NCBI GenBank assembly: GCA_963777955.1
Contig: CAVZSQ010000006.1
Location: forward strand, 1 to 52,768
Direction: 5' to 3'
Source: Calditrichia bacterium
GTDB taxonomy: Bacteria; Calditrichota; Calditrichia; JAJRVZ01
DNA length: 52,768 bases
Shown: positions 20,651 to 32,913 of the stretch, one piece after another
Position numbering within the stretch: the first letter of the stretch is position 1
Layout of the letters: each line of letters opens with the position of its first letter
Notes under the pieces: model-generated
Told to the model about the DNA's origin: nothing
Databases searched by the model: none
What the model saw: the letters and a program-made list of their open reading frames with translations, nothing else
Program-made: the position numbers and the translations under genes

Positions 20651-22814
20651 TCACTCAATCATACTCAGAGCAATCCGTTTTCGCTCCAGATCGATATTCA
20701 ACACTTTTACCCTGATTTCCTCGCCAACCCGGACCAACTCATAGGGCGACCTGACGTGTTTTTTTGAGATCTGGCTGATATGCACCAGTCCATCCTGTTT
20801 TACTCCAATATCGACAAAAATACCAAAGTCAACCACATTACGCACGGTACCTTTCATGATCATTCCGGTTTTTAAATCTTCCATACGCAGCACATCGCTG
20901 CGGAATACCGGTTTGGGCAATTCATCCCGCAGATCACGTCCCGGTTTTTCCAGATCCTTGAGCATATCTTCCAGAGTCGGTAATCCGCAGCCCAGTTCCA
21001 GGGCCAGCGAGTTTAAATCAGTTTTTTGCTCACTCAGACTGCGTCTTAAGCATCTTGCCTTCCTGAAAGATGTCGGTAATAGAAAATTTATCCAGAAGTT
21101 TACTGGCCACGGTATACGATTCCGGATGAATCGAAGTAGCATCGAGTGGATTATCCCCGAGCCGTATTCTTAAAAATCCGGCTGCCTGCTGGAATGATTT
21201 TTCACCGATGCCCTGAACCTGCTTCAACTGTTCCCGGTTGGCGAATCGTCCGTTATTCTGCCGGTACTCAACTATTCTTTGTGCGCTTTTACTATTCAGG
21301 CCGGAAACATATTTTAATAAGGCCACGGAAGCCGTATTAAGATCAACCCCAACCTGATTGACGCAGGATTCCACCACCTGCGACAGGGTCAGGTTCAATT
21401 CCTGCTGGTCGACATCATGCTGATACAGGCCAACGCCGATACTCCTGGGTTCGATTTTCACCAACTCTGCCAGCGGATCCTGCAGCCTCCTGGCAATGGA
21501 AATATTGCCCCGCAGACTCGCTTCCAGTTCCGGAAACTCTTCCCTGGCCAGATCCGAAGCAGAATAGACTGAAGCACCTGCTTCATTGACAATGATGTAC
21601 TGCAGTTCCCGTTCGGCCTTGATCTCCCGGATCAATTCGGCCACCATTAATTCGGTTTCCCGGCTGGCGGTCCCGTTGCCGATGGCAATTACCTCCACCT
21701 GATATTTCTCGATTATTTCGCGGAGTAGTGATTTGGCGGCAAAATATTCATTCTGCGGGGGATGGGGATAAATAGTCGCACCTTCCAGGTATTTTCCGAC
21801 TTTGTCTATCACGGCAACCTTGCATCCGGTGCGGAAACCCGGATCGATACCCATGATCATTTTTTCCGGGACCGGTGGCTGCAGCAACAGGCTTTTCAAA
21901 TTCAGAGCAAATACCTTAATGGCATGCTGCCCGGCACCCCGGGTCAATTCAGAACGCATTTCCCGTTTAATCCCCGGAGCGAGCAACCGTTTATAAGCAT
22001 CCTCCAGTATCCGTTTTAACAGCTCCAGAAAAATAGACTGCTCATTGCGAATAAATTCTTTATACATCCGCTGATAAATGAATTCTTCATCACCCTTAAT
22101 ATCGACTGCCAGGATACCTTCTTTTTCACCACGGTTGATAGCCAGAACACGGTATGGCGGGATAATTTTAATACCCTGAGAAAAATCAAAATACATTTCA
22201 TATTCTTTGGCAGTATCCTCGCCCTTCAACCGCGAGCATAAAATACCCTGCTCATATAAATGCTCGCGTAAAAACCTGCGTATTGCACTGTGCTCGGAAA
22301 AGATCTCAGCCAGAATATCTCCGGCTCCGCCGAGTGCATCTGCGGCGCTATTGATGTTTTTTTCGGGATTGATATACGATCCGGCCACTTCCAGAACATC
22401 CCCGCTGGTTAATTCCTGCGCCAGTATAATCTGGGCCAGAGGCCGTAGGCCTTTCTCTCTGGCCAGGCTGGCCCGGGTCTGTCTTTTGGGTTTAAAGGGA
22501 AGATACAGATCTTCCAAATCACTCAATTTATAACATGCCCTGATCTTCTTTTCCAGATCAGCATCGAGTTTACCCTGTTCGGCGATGGAGTGCAGTATGG
22601 TTTGCCGGCGATTTTCCACATGGCGCAGATAGAGCATTCGTTCCTGGATAGCCCGGATCTGCTCTTCGCTGAGATTTCCGGTTTTCTCCTTACGGTAGCG
22701 GGCAATAAACGGCACGGTGTTGTCCGTATCCAGGAGTTCGATGGTATTCTGGACCTGCAGCGGATTCAGATTCAACTCGGCAGCAATCATTTTAATCAGA
22801 ATTTCTTCGACCAT
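20651..22814 (-). CDS. tex: Tex family RNA-binding transcriptional accessory protein, frameshift near 21047
   Basis: TVPFIARYRKE, GIDPGFRTGCK, IGNGTASRET and HhH region in 21030-22814; S1 domain (GTVRNVVDFGIFVDIGVKQDGLVHIS) in 20651-21142. Confidence 0.93.
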
Positions 22815-22890
22815 TTTCCTTACCTGAATTTTCAGACATTAGCGACATAGATATTTCATTCTGCTGAAAATTTAAATAAATTTATCAAAT

Positions 22891-23550
22891 ATGCTTAATA
22901 AAAAAAGTATAAACCTTGTACTATCGTTATTAAAAGAGAATTACCGGCATTACACCACTGCTCTGGAATATCAAACCCCCTTTCAACTATTACTTTCAAC
23001 TATTTTAGCCGCCCAGAGCACCGATAAGCGTGTCAATATCGTGACCAGGGAATTGTATAAGGATTATGATTCACCTCGGGCTTTGTTAAAATTAAGCACC
23101 CCGCAGCTGGAAGAAAAGATCAAGACCGTCGGCCTGTACAGATCCAAAGCAAAAAACATTTTAGCGACCTGCCGGATGCTGGTCGATAAATATAACAGTG
23201 AAATTCCGGCCAGCCGTGAAGAATTAATGACCCTGCCGGGGGTGGGCCGGAAAACAGCCAACGTGGTCTTGAGTATCACGACCGATTTCAAAGCCATCGC
23301 CGTCGATACACATGTTTTCCGGGTCGCTAACCGGCTGGGACTGGCAGACTCCGGAAACGTTCGCCAGACCGAAAATCAACTGATGCAACAAATCCCCCAG
23401 GATGACTGGTCGGCTGCTCATCACTGGCTGATCTGGCATGGACGGAAAATATGCAAAGCACGCCGGCCATTGTGTTCTTCCTGTTTTCTGTCAAAATACT
23501 GTCTATACTATAAAAACAGGCCGGTTTCACCCAATACAAAGAACAAATAG
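22891..23550 (+). CDS. nth: Endonuclease III
   Basis: ILAAQSTD..VN, LPGVGRKTANVV, VDTHV, C..R.P.C..C.....C FeS motif. Confidence 0.96.
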   Translation: MLNKKSINLVLSLLKENYRHYTTALEYQTPFQLLLSTILAAQSTDKRVNIVTRELYKDYDSPRALLKLSTPQLEEKIKTVGLYRSKAKNILATCRMLVDKYNSEIPASREELMTLPGVGRKTANVVLSITTDFKAIAVDTHVFRVANRLGLADSGNVRQTENQLMQQIPQDDWSAAHHWLIWHGRKICKARRPLCSSCFLSKYCLYYKNRPVSPNTKNK

Positions 23551-23698
23551 ATTGGCCTGGCGGTTTAAGCGGAAAATGGAGCCCTGCCGTTAATTGCTTG
23601 TAAATTTTTAAATCAATCTCTAAATTCTTACCTGTTACTAATTACTGTTCGACAATTTGGGAAGAGATTTCCGCATTTATATAATATAGAGGTTAGCC

Positions 23699-24898
23699 AT
23701 GCCTGTGTCTTCCAATCGCAGTATTAGTATGCCCCCTTCGCCCATTCGTAAACTGGCCCCCTTTGCCGACCAGGCCAGAGAAAAGGGACGGCATATATAT
23801 CAACTTAATATCGGCCAGCCGGATATTGAAACTCCGGCGACCTACTGGCGGGCCATCCGCAATCATGGCCGCAAAGTGCTGGAATACGGACCCTCGGCCG
23901 GATTAACTTCCTACCGTAAGAAACTGGTTGAGTATTATGCCCGCTATAATATAAATGTTTCCATGGATGACGTCCTGGTAACTACCGGCGGCAGTGAAGC
24001 CATAATTTTTACCATGATGGCCATTACCGATCCCGGTGATGAAATCATCGTCCCGGAACCTTTTTACACAAATTATAACGGTTTTGCTATTGAGACCGCT
24101 GCCCGCATCGTCACCATCACTGCCAGGATCGAAGATGACTTTCAGTTGCCTCCCATCGAGTCGATCAGGAACAAGATCAGCAATAAAACCAGAGGAATTT
24201 TAATCTGTAATCCGAACAATCCTACCGGTTATGTCTATTCCAGAAAAGAGTTAGAGGCCTTGCGTGAGATTGTCCTGGATAAAAATCTGTTTTTACTTGT
24301 AGATGAGGTTTACCGGGAATTCTGCTACGACGGTCTGCAGCATACCAGCGTGATGCATCTGCAGGGAATCGACGACCGGGCTATTTTACTGGACAGCGTT
24401 TCCAAACGCTACTCGGCCTGCGGCGCCCGCATCGGTTGTATAGTATCCAAGAACAGAGACGTTATCCAAAACACCTTGAAATTCGGCATGGCCCGTTTGT
24501 GCCCGCCCACCCTGGAGCAGTTAGGTGCCCAGGCCGGTATCGACACGCCTGCCAATTATTTTAATAAAATACTTAAAGAGTACACCCGGCGCCGTGATGT
24601 AATGGTGGAAGCATTGCGCCGGATGCCGGGTGTGATTGCTCCCAAACCAAAGGGTGCCTTTTACCTGGTAACCCGCTTGCCCGTCGACGATGCCGATAAT
24701 TTTGCCAAATGGTTGCTGACCGATTTTGAGGTCAATAATGAGACGGTCCTGGTAGCCCCGGCCGCAGGCTTTTATTCCACTCCCGGGCTGGGTAAAGATG
24801 AAGTACGTATCGCTTATGTATTAAATATAGAAGATATCAGGAAAGCCATGCACATACTGGCTGAAGCCCTAAAAGTTTATCCCGGCCGTACCAAGTAA
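23699..24898 (+). CDS. PLP-dependent class I aminotransferase (aspartate aminotransferase-like)
   Basis: LNIGQPD, NPNNPTG, DEVYREF, SVSKRYSACGARIG. Confidence 0.9.
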   Translation: MPVSSNRSISMPPSPIRKLAPFADQAREKGRHIYQLNIGQPDIETPATYWRAIRNHGRKVLEYGPSAGLTSYRKKLVEYYARYNINVSMDDVLVTTGGSEAIIFTMMAITDPGDEIIVPEPFYTNYNGFAIETAARIVTITARIEDDFQLPPIESIRNKISNKTRGILICNPNNPTGYVYSRKELEALREIVLDKNLFLLVDEVYREFCYDGLQHTSVMHLQGIDDRAILLDSVSKRYSACGARIGCIVSKNRDVIQNTLKFGMARLCPPTLEQLGAQAGIDTPANYFNKILKEYTRRRDVMVEALRRMPGVIAPKPKGAFYLVTRLPVDDADNFAKWLLTDFEVNNETVLVAPAAGFYSTPGLGKDEVRIAYVLNIEDIRKAMHILAEALKVYPGRTK

Positions 24899-24932
24899 TT
24901 TAAAAATCTATGATCGTAAACCCGGATAATAA

Positions 24933-26129
24933 TCAGAAATGATAACTGAGCGTTGTGTTAAGTTGTATACCCGTTCCGGAAAATTTCGTTAACAGCATTA
25001 TATCCTTTTTAAAAACATCAGGAACCGTGGGGAAAGAATACTCAGGCGGAATAATCGGCTGATTGGATAAATCAAAATTTCCGCTGGCCTGCAGCGCGAG
25101 TTCCAGACCCACTCTTAACGATGGAACGAGAAAGTAGCCGCAACCTGTTGCCAGCTTGATAGCGAATGTATTATAAGTATACCTCTTATCAAAAACCTCA
25201 GTTGAAGTTTTCAAAGTAGTTACATGGACTTCCAGGCCCATGGGACCAATATCCGAACCTATATACCAATCAAATTTAGCCGGCCGCTTTAACAGATAAT
25301 AATTTATCCCCATACCCAGACTGGTGAATTTAAAATTTTGTGTAAAAGTTTCAATATCCGCAGCCTCACTTAAAAAATAACCATTATCTGTCCAGTTATC
25401 TAGAATTTTTTCGACACCAAAATTCAATTTTACCTGCCAGCGGGCTGACAAAGAATAGTTTATTTCCAGGACCAGGTTACGGTGGTTGGAATATTGATTG
25501 AATCTGTCATATCGGTCTTTGAATTCATCAATCGCATCATTTGCATCCTGGGTGAAGCCAAGAAAGGCGTAACCGGCTTTGAACATTACCCCAAATCTTT
25601 TCATGTCTTTAATGGCACTAGCGGATTTTTTAACTGCCGGCCCTTCTGTCTTCACCGCAGTTTTCTCATCCATCGCCAGGATTTCCGCAATCTCCGGAAT
25701 CACTTTAGTAAGTACTTCACTCAATTTCCCCCGGTAATCCCTGGTAGCCGTTTTAACGATCGCACCGGTCTGCACATCGATCATCCGTAAACTGATCGAA
25801 TAGAGTTCCTCGATCTTGCCGATACTGCCGGCCACGATACTTTTGACATTTAACAGTTGTCCGATTTCAACTGCACACTCCACTGTGGTACAACCTGTCT
25901 GTTGAAAACCCTGCTCGCTCAGAATGGCATTCATCTTCTCCCGTTCCACCACCTGAAAGGCACCTGTTTCAAATAGTTCCGTGCGCAGACGAGCGGTTAA
26001 AAATTGAACTTCGGTTGGAGCTATACCGGCAGGATCGAGATCCAGCACGGCAATAGTTTTTTTGGCATCCTGGGCATTTAAACAGGAGATAGCGGATAGA
26101 ATCAATAAAAATTTGCTAAAATGTTTCAT
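24933..26129 (-). CDS. Exported protein: CsgG/LpoB-like N-terminal domain plus outer-membrane beta-barrel
   Basis: F.VVEREKM..IL.EQ.FQQTGC...CAVEIG.LL...GSIGK; amphipathic strands ending in LSYHF beta-signal. Confidence 0.65.
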   Translation of the reverse strand: MKHFSKFLLILSAISCLNAQDAKKTIAVLDLDPAGIAPTEVQFLTARLRTELFETGAFQVVEREKMNAILSEQGFQQTGCTTVECAVEIGQLLNVKSIVAGSIGKIEELYSISLRMIDVQTGAIVKTATRDYRGKLSEVLTKVIPEIAEILAMDEKTAVKTEGPAVKKSASAIKDMKRFGVMFKAGYAFLGFTQDANDAIDEFKDRYDRFNQYSNHRNLVLEINYSLSARWQVKLNFGVEKILDNWTDNGYFLSEAADIETFTQNFKFTSLGMGINYYLLKRPAKFDWYIGSDIGPMGLEVHVTTLKTSTEVFDKRYTYNTFAIKLATGCGYFLVPSLRVGLELALQASGNFDLSNQPIIPPEYSFPTVPDVFKKDIMLLTKFSGTGIQLNTTLSYHF

Positions 26130-26264
26130 TTTAACCTCAACACCGTTTTATTGAATTGGTTCTTTAGTTCAAAAAGATCGTAAGATCAGTCGTATTGATA
26201 GTAATACTCGGATGAATCATGATAAAAATGTAATAAATTATCAACCCTTTTAAGGATTTCCCGG

Positions 26265-26993
26265 TCAGGTTTTATGACCGGTATACAGATACCTGCCGGG
26301 CAGTTCCAGATAATTCTGTTTCAGCAGGGGTTCATCCTTTAATAATTCAATCCCGCCCATGGCTGTCACGCGCCCTTTATTCAGTATCAGAACCTTGCTG
26401 CAGGTTTCCAGGACCAGATCGAGATCATGGGTAGCAATTAAAACAGTTTTGGATAATTCATTAATGTAATCAATAATAATCCGCCGGTGAAAAGGATCCA
26501 GATTGGAACTTGGTTCATCAAAAATATATATTTCCGGACGCATGGCCAGGATCGTGGCCAGGGAAGCACTTTTACGTTCACCAAAACTGAGCGTGAGCAC
26601 GGAGTCGTTTTCCCGTCCCCGCAGACCCACCCGGGCCAGGGCTTCAGTGACCCGCCGTTCAATTTCCTCTTTGGGCAATCCCAGGTTTAACGGTCCGAAA
26701 GCCACATCATCATACAGGGTGGGACAGAACAACTGGTCATCAGGATTCTGGAAAACGACCCCCACCTTTTGATGCATCATTCGCTGATTTTTAGGATCTA
26801 CCAGTTGTTCTTCAATCCAGATACTTCCCGAACCGCTGAGGATTCCGTTCAGCAATAAAATCAGGGTGGATTTGCCCGCCCCGTTGGGTCCGATGATGGC
26901 TAATTTTTCATTGGCCTGAATCTGAAAACTGAGCTGGTCCAGGGCCAGCGTGCCATTGGGATAGCGGTAAGTTAAACCTGTTACTTTAAGCAT
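26265..26993 (-). CDS. ECF-type (CbiO/NikO-like) ABC ATPase
   Basis: GPNGAGKST, VFQNPDDQLF.PT..DDVAFGP.N, LSFGE, DEP, THD. Confidence 0.88.
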   Translation of the reverse strand: MLKVTGLTYRYPNGTLALDQLSFQIQANEKLAIIGPNGAGKSTLILLLNGILSGSGSIWIEEQLVDPKNQRMMHQKVGVVFQNPDDQLFCPTLYDDVAFGPLNLGLPKEEIERRVTEALARVGLRGRENDSVLTLSFGERKSASLATILAMRPEIYIFDEPSSNLDPFHRRIIIDYINELSKTVLIATHDLDLVLETCSKVLILNKGRVTAMGGIELLKDEPLLKQNYLELPGRYLYTGHKT

Positions 26994-27026
26994 GGAGTAT
27001 CTATCCGCATATTATAAATAAATTTT

Positions 27027-27805
27027 TCAGGTTCTGGTAACTGGCAGCCGCCGAAGGTCTTCCGGATTGTGAATTTCTTCGATCAGCCTGGTCAGGGTTG
27101 CCGGCAATTCATTATAATTACTTATAACAAATTGAGCCTGAGATTTATCCTGGTTATCAGATTTATTAGTTCCGTTATATTTAATACTATAACAGCCTGC
27201 CTGCCGGGCGCCGGCAATATCCGTCCGCTCCAGATCGCCGATATGAATCAAGCGGTTTAAGGAAATATTCAAATTTTTAGCCGTCTGTGCAAATACCGAT
27301 CGATGCGGTTTAGAGTTCTGCTGTTCATCTGAAAACATGAATGAACTGAAATATTGCAGCAGGTTTTCCTGCTGCAGAAATTGCCGGATATATTTACCGG
27401 TGATGTAACCTGTATCCGAAATCAGACCTACGGGAAATTTTTGAGCCAGACCGGGAAGCAGTTCCTTAATTTCAGGAATCTCCGCCGGCGGTACACTGAA
27501 AATCAGCGAACAGAAATAATCGGCAATCTCGTTTACATGCTCCGCTGTGATCTCCACCGACAGACATTTACAGATATACCGTACTCGTTCCCAGACCGTG
27601 GGTGTTCTGTACTTATTCTGCCATTCACTGAAAAAATAATCTACCGACTTCGACAGCGCGATTTTAAGTTCTTCACCCGCTACCTGACGGTAGGAATTAA
27701 TAATCTGCGCCAGATATTCCTGGCGCAGTATAATACGTTGATCTTCCCGTCCATCCAGATACAGGGTATTCCAGAAATCAAAAGACAGGCCGAACGGTTT
27801 CCTAT
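27027..27805 (-). CDS. HAD-superfamily hydrolase; start codon apparently lost (likely 1-nt error)
   Basis: Frame stays open upstream of the GTG at 27557, reading RKPFGLSFDFWNTLY (HAD motif I); also ISDT, KP and HIGDLERTDIAGA. Confidence 0.8.
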
Positions 27806-28559
27806 CTACAGTTTCTTTAATTTTTCTTCTGCCTGTGCTTTATAGGTATCGTCATCACTATCCGTTTTGGGTAAATCCAGACATTTCTGGAATTCGGTCC
27901 TGGCCTGTTCTTTTTCACCCATTAACTCGTAAGTCAACCCCAGTTCCAGATGATGATTTATATGATTTGGATTTATTTCAATCGCTTTTTTAAAACAATC
28001 TGCCGCAGCCTGATTGCTGGCTTCTTTCGGTACCCCTCCCAGAAAAATATTGGCAAACGTTTTTTCAACCCAGGTCAGATTAGCTATTTTACGATGCCAT
28101 CTGCCCAGTACATGGTGCGCATAATCGTCGGTGGGATCCAATTTTATAGCCAGATCGACTTCCTTCTTGACCTCTTTGGAAATCCGGATTCTCTCCTTGG
28201 GACCTTCATCCAGGGCCACGCGGCCCAGAGCGATACTGAGTTGTAAATGACCTTTGGCAGCGTTGCTGTCAAGTTTAACCGCCTGGCGGGCATACATCTC
28301 GCTTGTTTTGAAATGCCTGGCGCGGTCCTTTCCTTCCATGGTCTCACCTATATCGCTGTAGGATCTGGATGTTTTCCAGCTGGCTTCGTAATTGTTGGAA
28401 TCTGCATCTGAGCACCTGCAGATATGCATTCAGAGCTCCCTGAGTATCAAATTTAGCGTACAGGCTATCAGCCAGTGCAACCTGAGTTCCGGCATCCTGG
28501 GCCTGAACTAAACAACTGCAGGCAACCACTGCTAAAAAAATGTAGAACATACGTTTCAT
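27806..28559 (-). CDS. Secreted TPR protein (RMD-like), frameshift near 28410
   Basis: Signal peptide in ORF 28344-28559; TPR repeats and AHHVLGRWH..IANL.W.EK..A..FLGG.P in 27806-28429. Confidence 0.75.
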
Positions 28560-30552
28560 AATGCACCCCTTGTTTTGATTGTAATTTCCAATATTTTATC
28601 ATCGATTTCAATTGTATCGACAATCTCCATCCCCCGTTCAACACGGCCAAAAGCAGTATACCTGCCATTCAAATGAGGTTGCTCGGAATGACAGATAAAA
28701 AATTGACTCCCTCCCGTATCTTTACCTCCGGTGGCCATTCCCACCGTCCCGCGTTCGAATTCAGCCTCATTATATTCACAGGGGATATGATAAGCCGGAC
28801 CGCCCCAGCCGTCGCCCCTGGGATCACCCCCCTGAATGACGAAATCACTTACTACCCGGTGAAAGGCTAAGGTTATTATAGAATTTCTGCCTGATTAATG
28901 AAATAAAATTAGCAACCGTTGCCGGCGCCCGGTCGGGCCATAACTCGATTTCGATATCCCCTTTTTCTGTCCGGATCACGATCTGCGCTGATTGAGCAGT
29001 CTCCTCATCCGTTTTCGCTAAAAATAATCCAACTGCTGCTCTTTCGGCCGGGTACTTGCTCCCTGTACTTTTTAGCAGGTCGACAGCCTGATTGGCCAGA
29101 GCAGGATCGATCGCTTTTTCGGCAACACGCCAGAGCAACGGCCTGGCTTGCATTGAATCTACAATTACCGCTGCTTTCAGCAGTGCCATCATGGCCTCAA
29201 CATCTTCAGGCTCTGCTAATTTTAAATAAGCCTCCTGCAAATCCTGAAAAGTACCGGTCCGGGGATGTGCAGTTATCCATTCTGCAGCAGTGAACACCAG
29301 GGCCAGATCTCCGGAAAATAATGCCGCCCGTACATCGGCGGGCTTCAATTGGTTGCCCTCAGCTAATCCGTTATAGGCGGTATAAACCAGTCGTTTATCA
29401 GTTACCTGTAAAAATTGTCTCAATTGCTGCCAGGCAGCCTGGTCTCCTTTCCTGGCCAGGGCAGCCAGAAGTTGTTGTTTAAAACAAACCGGCCCTTTAT
29501 CTAAATTGTCCTGAATTAAGAAATTCAGCAGTGGTGTTTGTATACCGGCCAGAGACCAGATGATTTCACCCTTGTCCCGCCAGCTGGCCTGATGGTCAAA
29601 ATATGCCAATAAGAGGTCCTGCGCCTGTTGTGTTTTCATTTTACCCAGCGCATGAATAGCAGCCGTGCGCAGATGCGGTATATCTTCCCGGAGAAATCCG
29701 GCCAGTACGGATGTACACAATGAATCCGGAAAATTTGCCAGCAGGGCAATCCGATAGATATTTTCCGTCCAGTGTAAATTGTTCTGTCCCGTGCCGGTTG
29801 GTCAATTCTGCTTGCAATGAATCAATTAAAAGCGTATCGATGCCGTTAGTTCCATACCTGCTTAAAATGCGGTCCAGTGCCCGCAAACGATATTTATGAC
29901 CTGATGTATTTATGGGTAAGCGGGCGCGAATAAGAGCGCTGGCGGCCAGCGAATCAGGATGCCTGGAATAAAAATACGCGGCGGCAGAGGAAACTCCTTC
30001 GGCAGCATGAGTCAGAAAGCCGCATAACTGCCGGTCGACCCCGGTCTGGATCGAATCACGCGGAGATAACAACGCCAAACTGATGATAGCAACATCCAGC
30101 AGAGAATCGGGGCAAGTGTTTAAATATGCCAGCAGGAACTCGCTGGCCCGGCTGCTTTCTGTTTTACCCAGCGCTTTGATGATCTGACGGCGGTAAGGAG
30201 AATAACTGTTTTGAATATATAGATTTTCTAAAATTTCGACACTGCTGATAGTATGAATCTGGCCCAGAGCAAAAACAACTTTTTCAATATAGCGGCGATC
30301 CGGCCTGACCAGTAGTTTTTTCAGGCTGGTTAAATGTATGGGATCCTGAATTTTGGCAATGGCATCGATGACTGCGGTTTTTACTTCCAGACTACCATTC
30401 CCGATATATTGATCGAAAACTCCGCCGGCAGCACTCCTGCTGTATTCCAGAGCTTTTATCCGCGCTAAAGTCTCATCCTGGTTCAGGGAAGTACAGGCAC
30501 AAAATGCACAAAGTGCAGATACTAATACAATTATATAAAATTTTATAAACAT
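28556..30552 (-). CDS. HEAT-repeat lipoprotein fused to cyclophilin-type PPIase, frameshifts near 29775 and 28862
   Basis: Lipobox and HEAT repeats, then TEKGDI.IEL.PD.AP.TV.NF, FHRVV.DFVIQGGDP, GMAT.GKDTGGSQFFI across three consecutive frames. Confidence 0.85.
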
Positions 30553-30714
30553 GATGATCCCGGATCAGCTGATACAGAAGTTAATATAATCGTATCGAAT
30601 TTTAAAAAAAAGGATTATGTTGCATTACAAAGTCATAATTTATCGTCAGGCAGAATCATCTAACGGAAGTTATTAAAAAATGTAGAGTTATAAAAAATGT
30701 GGTGCTAAAAATGA

Positions 30715-30743
30715 TTGACATTAATTCTTTATTTTTTTATCTT
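30715..30743 (+). promoter_or_regulatory. Sigma70-like promoter
   Basis: TTGACA-17 bp-TATCTT directly upstream of ORF 30767. Confidence 0.6.
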
Positions 30744-30766
30744 AAAAATCAATATATCCATGAAAA

Positions 30767-31708
30767 ATGAATAATCATATCGGTCTATCTTTTACTGTTG
30801 AAAATATCCTGTATGCCCATTTTATCAAAAATGAGCGTACTTTTAATCTCGATCAGTTGGGCACGATCAATTATCCGTTCGCCTATGATGAGCGGGAGTT
30901 TTTCAGGGAGGACCGGATCCTGTTATTGGCCGAGCTGATCCGGCATTCCTTTGAAAAATTAAAAATCGAACAACCCACCATCTCCATTTCGATTGAAACG
31001 AATCTGGCTGTTTTAAAACGGGTCTTGCTGCCGGAAAATTTAGAAACAAAAGAATTGCAGGATCATATCGCCTGGGATCTCTCGGAAAGTCTGTCCGGAC
31101 CTATTACCAACTATGTCTATCATATCACCTCCAATTATTTTCATCATCATAATTTACAGGACACCCTGGTTATTACCCTGCCGAAAAAGGTGATCAGTTT
31201 TTTCAGCCAGATATCCAAATTAACACGGTTCAGTCTAAAAAATCTGAGTCTGAACCAACTGGCTGCCGAACTGATCCTGCAGAGCATACTGATCAATAAA
31301 ATCGACGGATTATTTGTGCTGTTTAAAATCGCCGGCAACCGCCTGGAAACGACTTACCTGTGGAATGGCAGTTATTTATATTCAAATTATGAAAAAATCA
31401 TTTCAGCGAGTAAACCCGGTTCGTTTACCCAGGTCATTATTGAAAAAATCAAATCCAATATTAAATACATCGAAACACTGTTTGAACAATGGGGCATGGA
31501 ATTGACCGTAGTCGATAAACTGTTCGTCTATGGTTCCGGTATCAATGCCGAACTGATTGAGCTGATCCAGAAAAACTGTTCCGTACCGGTCTTTCGTCTG
31601 AATCCATTGCAAAATATTACCTTTACTGAAAAAATCCGTCAAAACATGCCCAGCCGTTACGATGTTCTTAAATACGTCGAATGCATCGGTGTGGTTTTAG
31701 ATACTTAA
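30767..31708 (+). CDS. PilM-like / DUF3822-like actin-fold hypothetical protein
   Basis: ISISI....V..V.LP...EL..HI.W..., K.FVYG.G, ..PV..LNP pattern resembles PilM; first gene of the run ending in rsmD-coaD-pta. Confidence 0.5.
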   Translation: MNNHIGLSFTVENILYAHFIKNERTFNLDQLGTINYPFAYDEREFFREDRILLLAELIRHSFEKLKIEQPTISISIETNLAVLKRVLLPENLETKELQDHIAWDLSESLSGPITNYVYHITSNYFHHHNLQDTLVITLPKKVISFFSQISKLTRFSLKNLSLNQLAAELILQSILINKIDGLFVLFKIAGNRLETTYLWNGSYLYSNYEKIISASKPGSFTQVIIEKIKSNIKYIETLFEQWGMELTVVDKLFVYGSGINAELIELIQKNCSVPVFRLNPLQNITFTEKIRQNMPSRYDVLKYVECIGVVLDT

Positions 31709-31728
31709 CGGGCGGTTAAGGAGGAATA

Positions 31729-32894
31729 ATGCCGAAATATAATTTAATGGATAGCCAGCAACCGGAATTTTTCGATGAGAACCTCGAATCCATGGAATCC
31801 AAACCGGATAAATCCGAACCAGAAATAAAAACCGCAAAACCGCAGGAAGTAAAATCCAAACCCGCTATCCCTGATTCCGACTTTTCTGAAAAATTATTTT
31901 CGGAAACGGATGTACCCGACAAATTTACCGATCGCTCCAGCAGCAGCCGGATACCAGTGCCGCCGGAACCGGCTGTAGCTGCTGCGGTCAAGACTGCACC
32001 CGTGCCGCAACCGGCCATGCCAAAAATTTCCACTCAAGTGTTGCGGATACAACAGTAAAACAAACTCCCCGAATCCCCAGCGGCACGACTTTCGGACGGG
32101 ATGAGTCTGCTTATGAAATGTCCATGCCCGGATCAAATTACAAACCATTATTATTTGGTATAGGTATAGTCGCGGCGATATTAGTTATAGCCTTTCTGGC
32201 CTGGAAAATATTTTTTTCCAACAAGGTTGAGCTGCCACCCCCCGAAACCGCCGAACAGAAATTAAAACGTGAATTGCAGATACGCAAAAATAATGTGCTT
32301 AACTCAATCAATGCTGACAGCCATGCCCGCTTAGGCTGCCTGGTACAATTAATAAATCTTAAACCGGCTAAGATCCGTTATTCCGGTTTATATGTCTACG
32401 GCGAAGATCTGGCCTGCGAAGTTTTCACCGCCAGCAGGACTGATCTGGCAGATTTGAACAATAAACTGAAAAATTCTGCTTCCTTCTCTAATCTTACTTT
32501 AGAAACCGTTGATAAACGACCGGGAAGCAGGGGCGGTTTTTTTGCCCTGTACGATATAAAAACTGCCGGCGCGTCAGCCCTTGCTCCGGCCAGAACCGAT
32601 TCCATATTCATATCCAGTTCACCGCAGGACTGGATCACCAACTTCACGCAAAAAAATGGCCTTACGGTTGATCTGCAAAGACAACTTTCCATGCGCCAGG
32701 AGGAATTGTTTTCAATTATCCGCTATGAATATAAATTAAAAGGTCCCGAACCCAACTGTCAGGCCGTCATCTCTGAACTGGCCTCTGCCAATACCAACAT
32801 CAGCGTCCACAAGCTGACCCTGCTGCCGACCAATCAACGCGATCTGGCCAAAGCACCCTATCAACTTCACCTGATCCTTGATTTTTATATGTAA
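31729..32894 (+). CDS. Bitopic membrane protein (disordered N-terminus, TM, PilN/PilO-like periplasmic part), frameshift near 32033
   Basis: ORF 31729-32058 joins an open frame (SVADTTVKQTPRIPSGTTFGRDESAYE) that runs into ORF 32118-32894. Confidence 0.55.
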
Positions 32895-32913
32895 CACAGT
32901 ATGGCTGTGTTTT

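Noticed and set aside
21030..21142. Programmed ribosomal frameshifting in tex and other split genes
   Set aside because: No consistent slippery site or stimulatory structure, these families are not known for it, and the window-wide indel rate explains the breaks.
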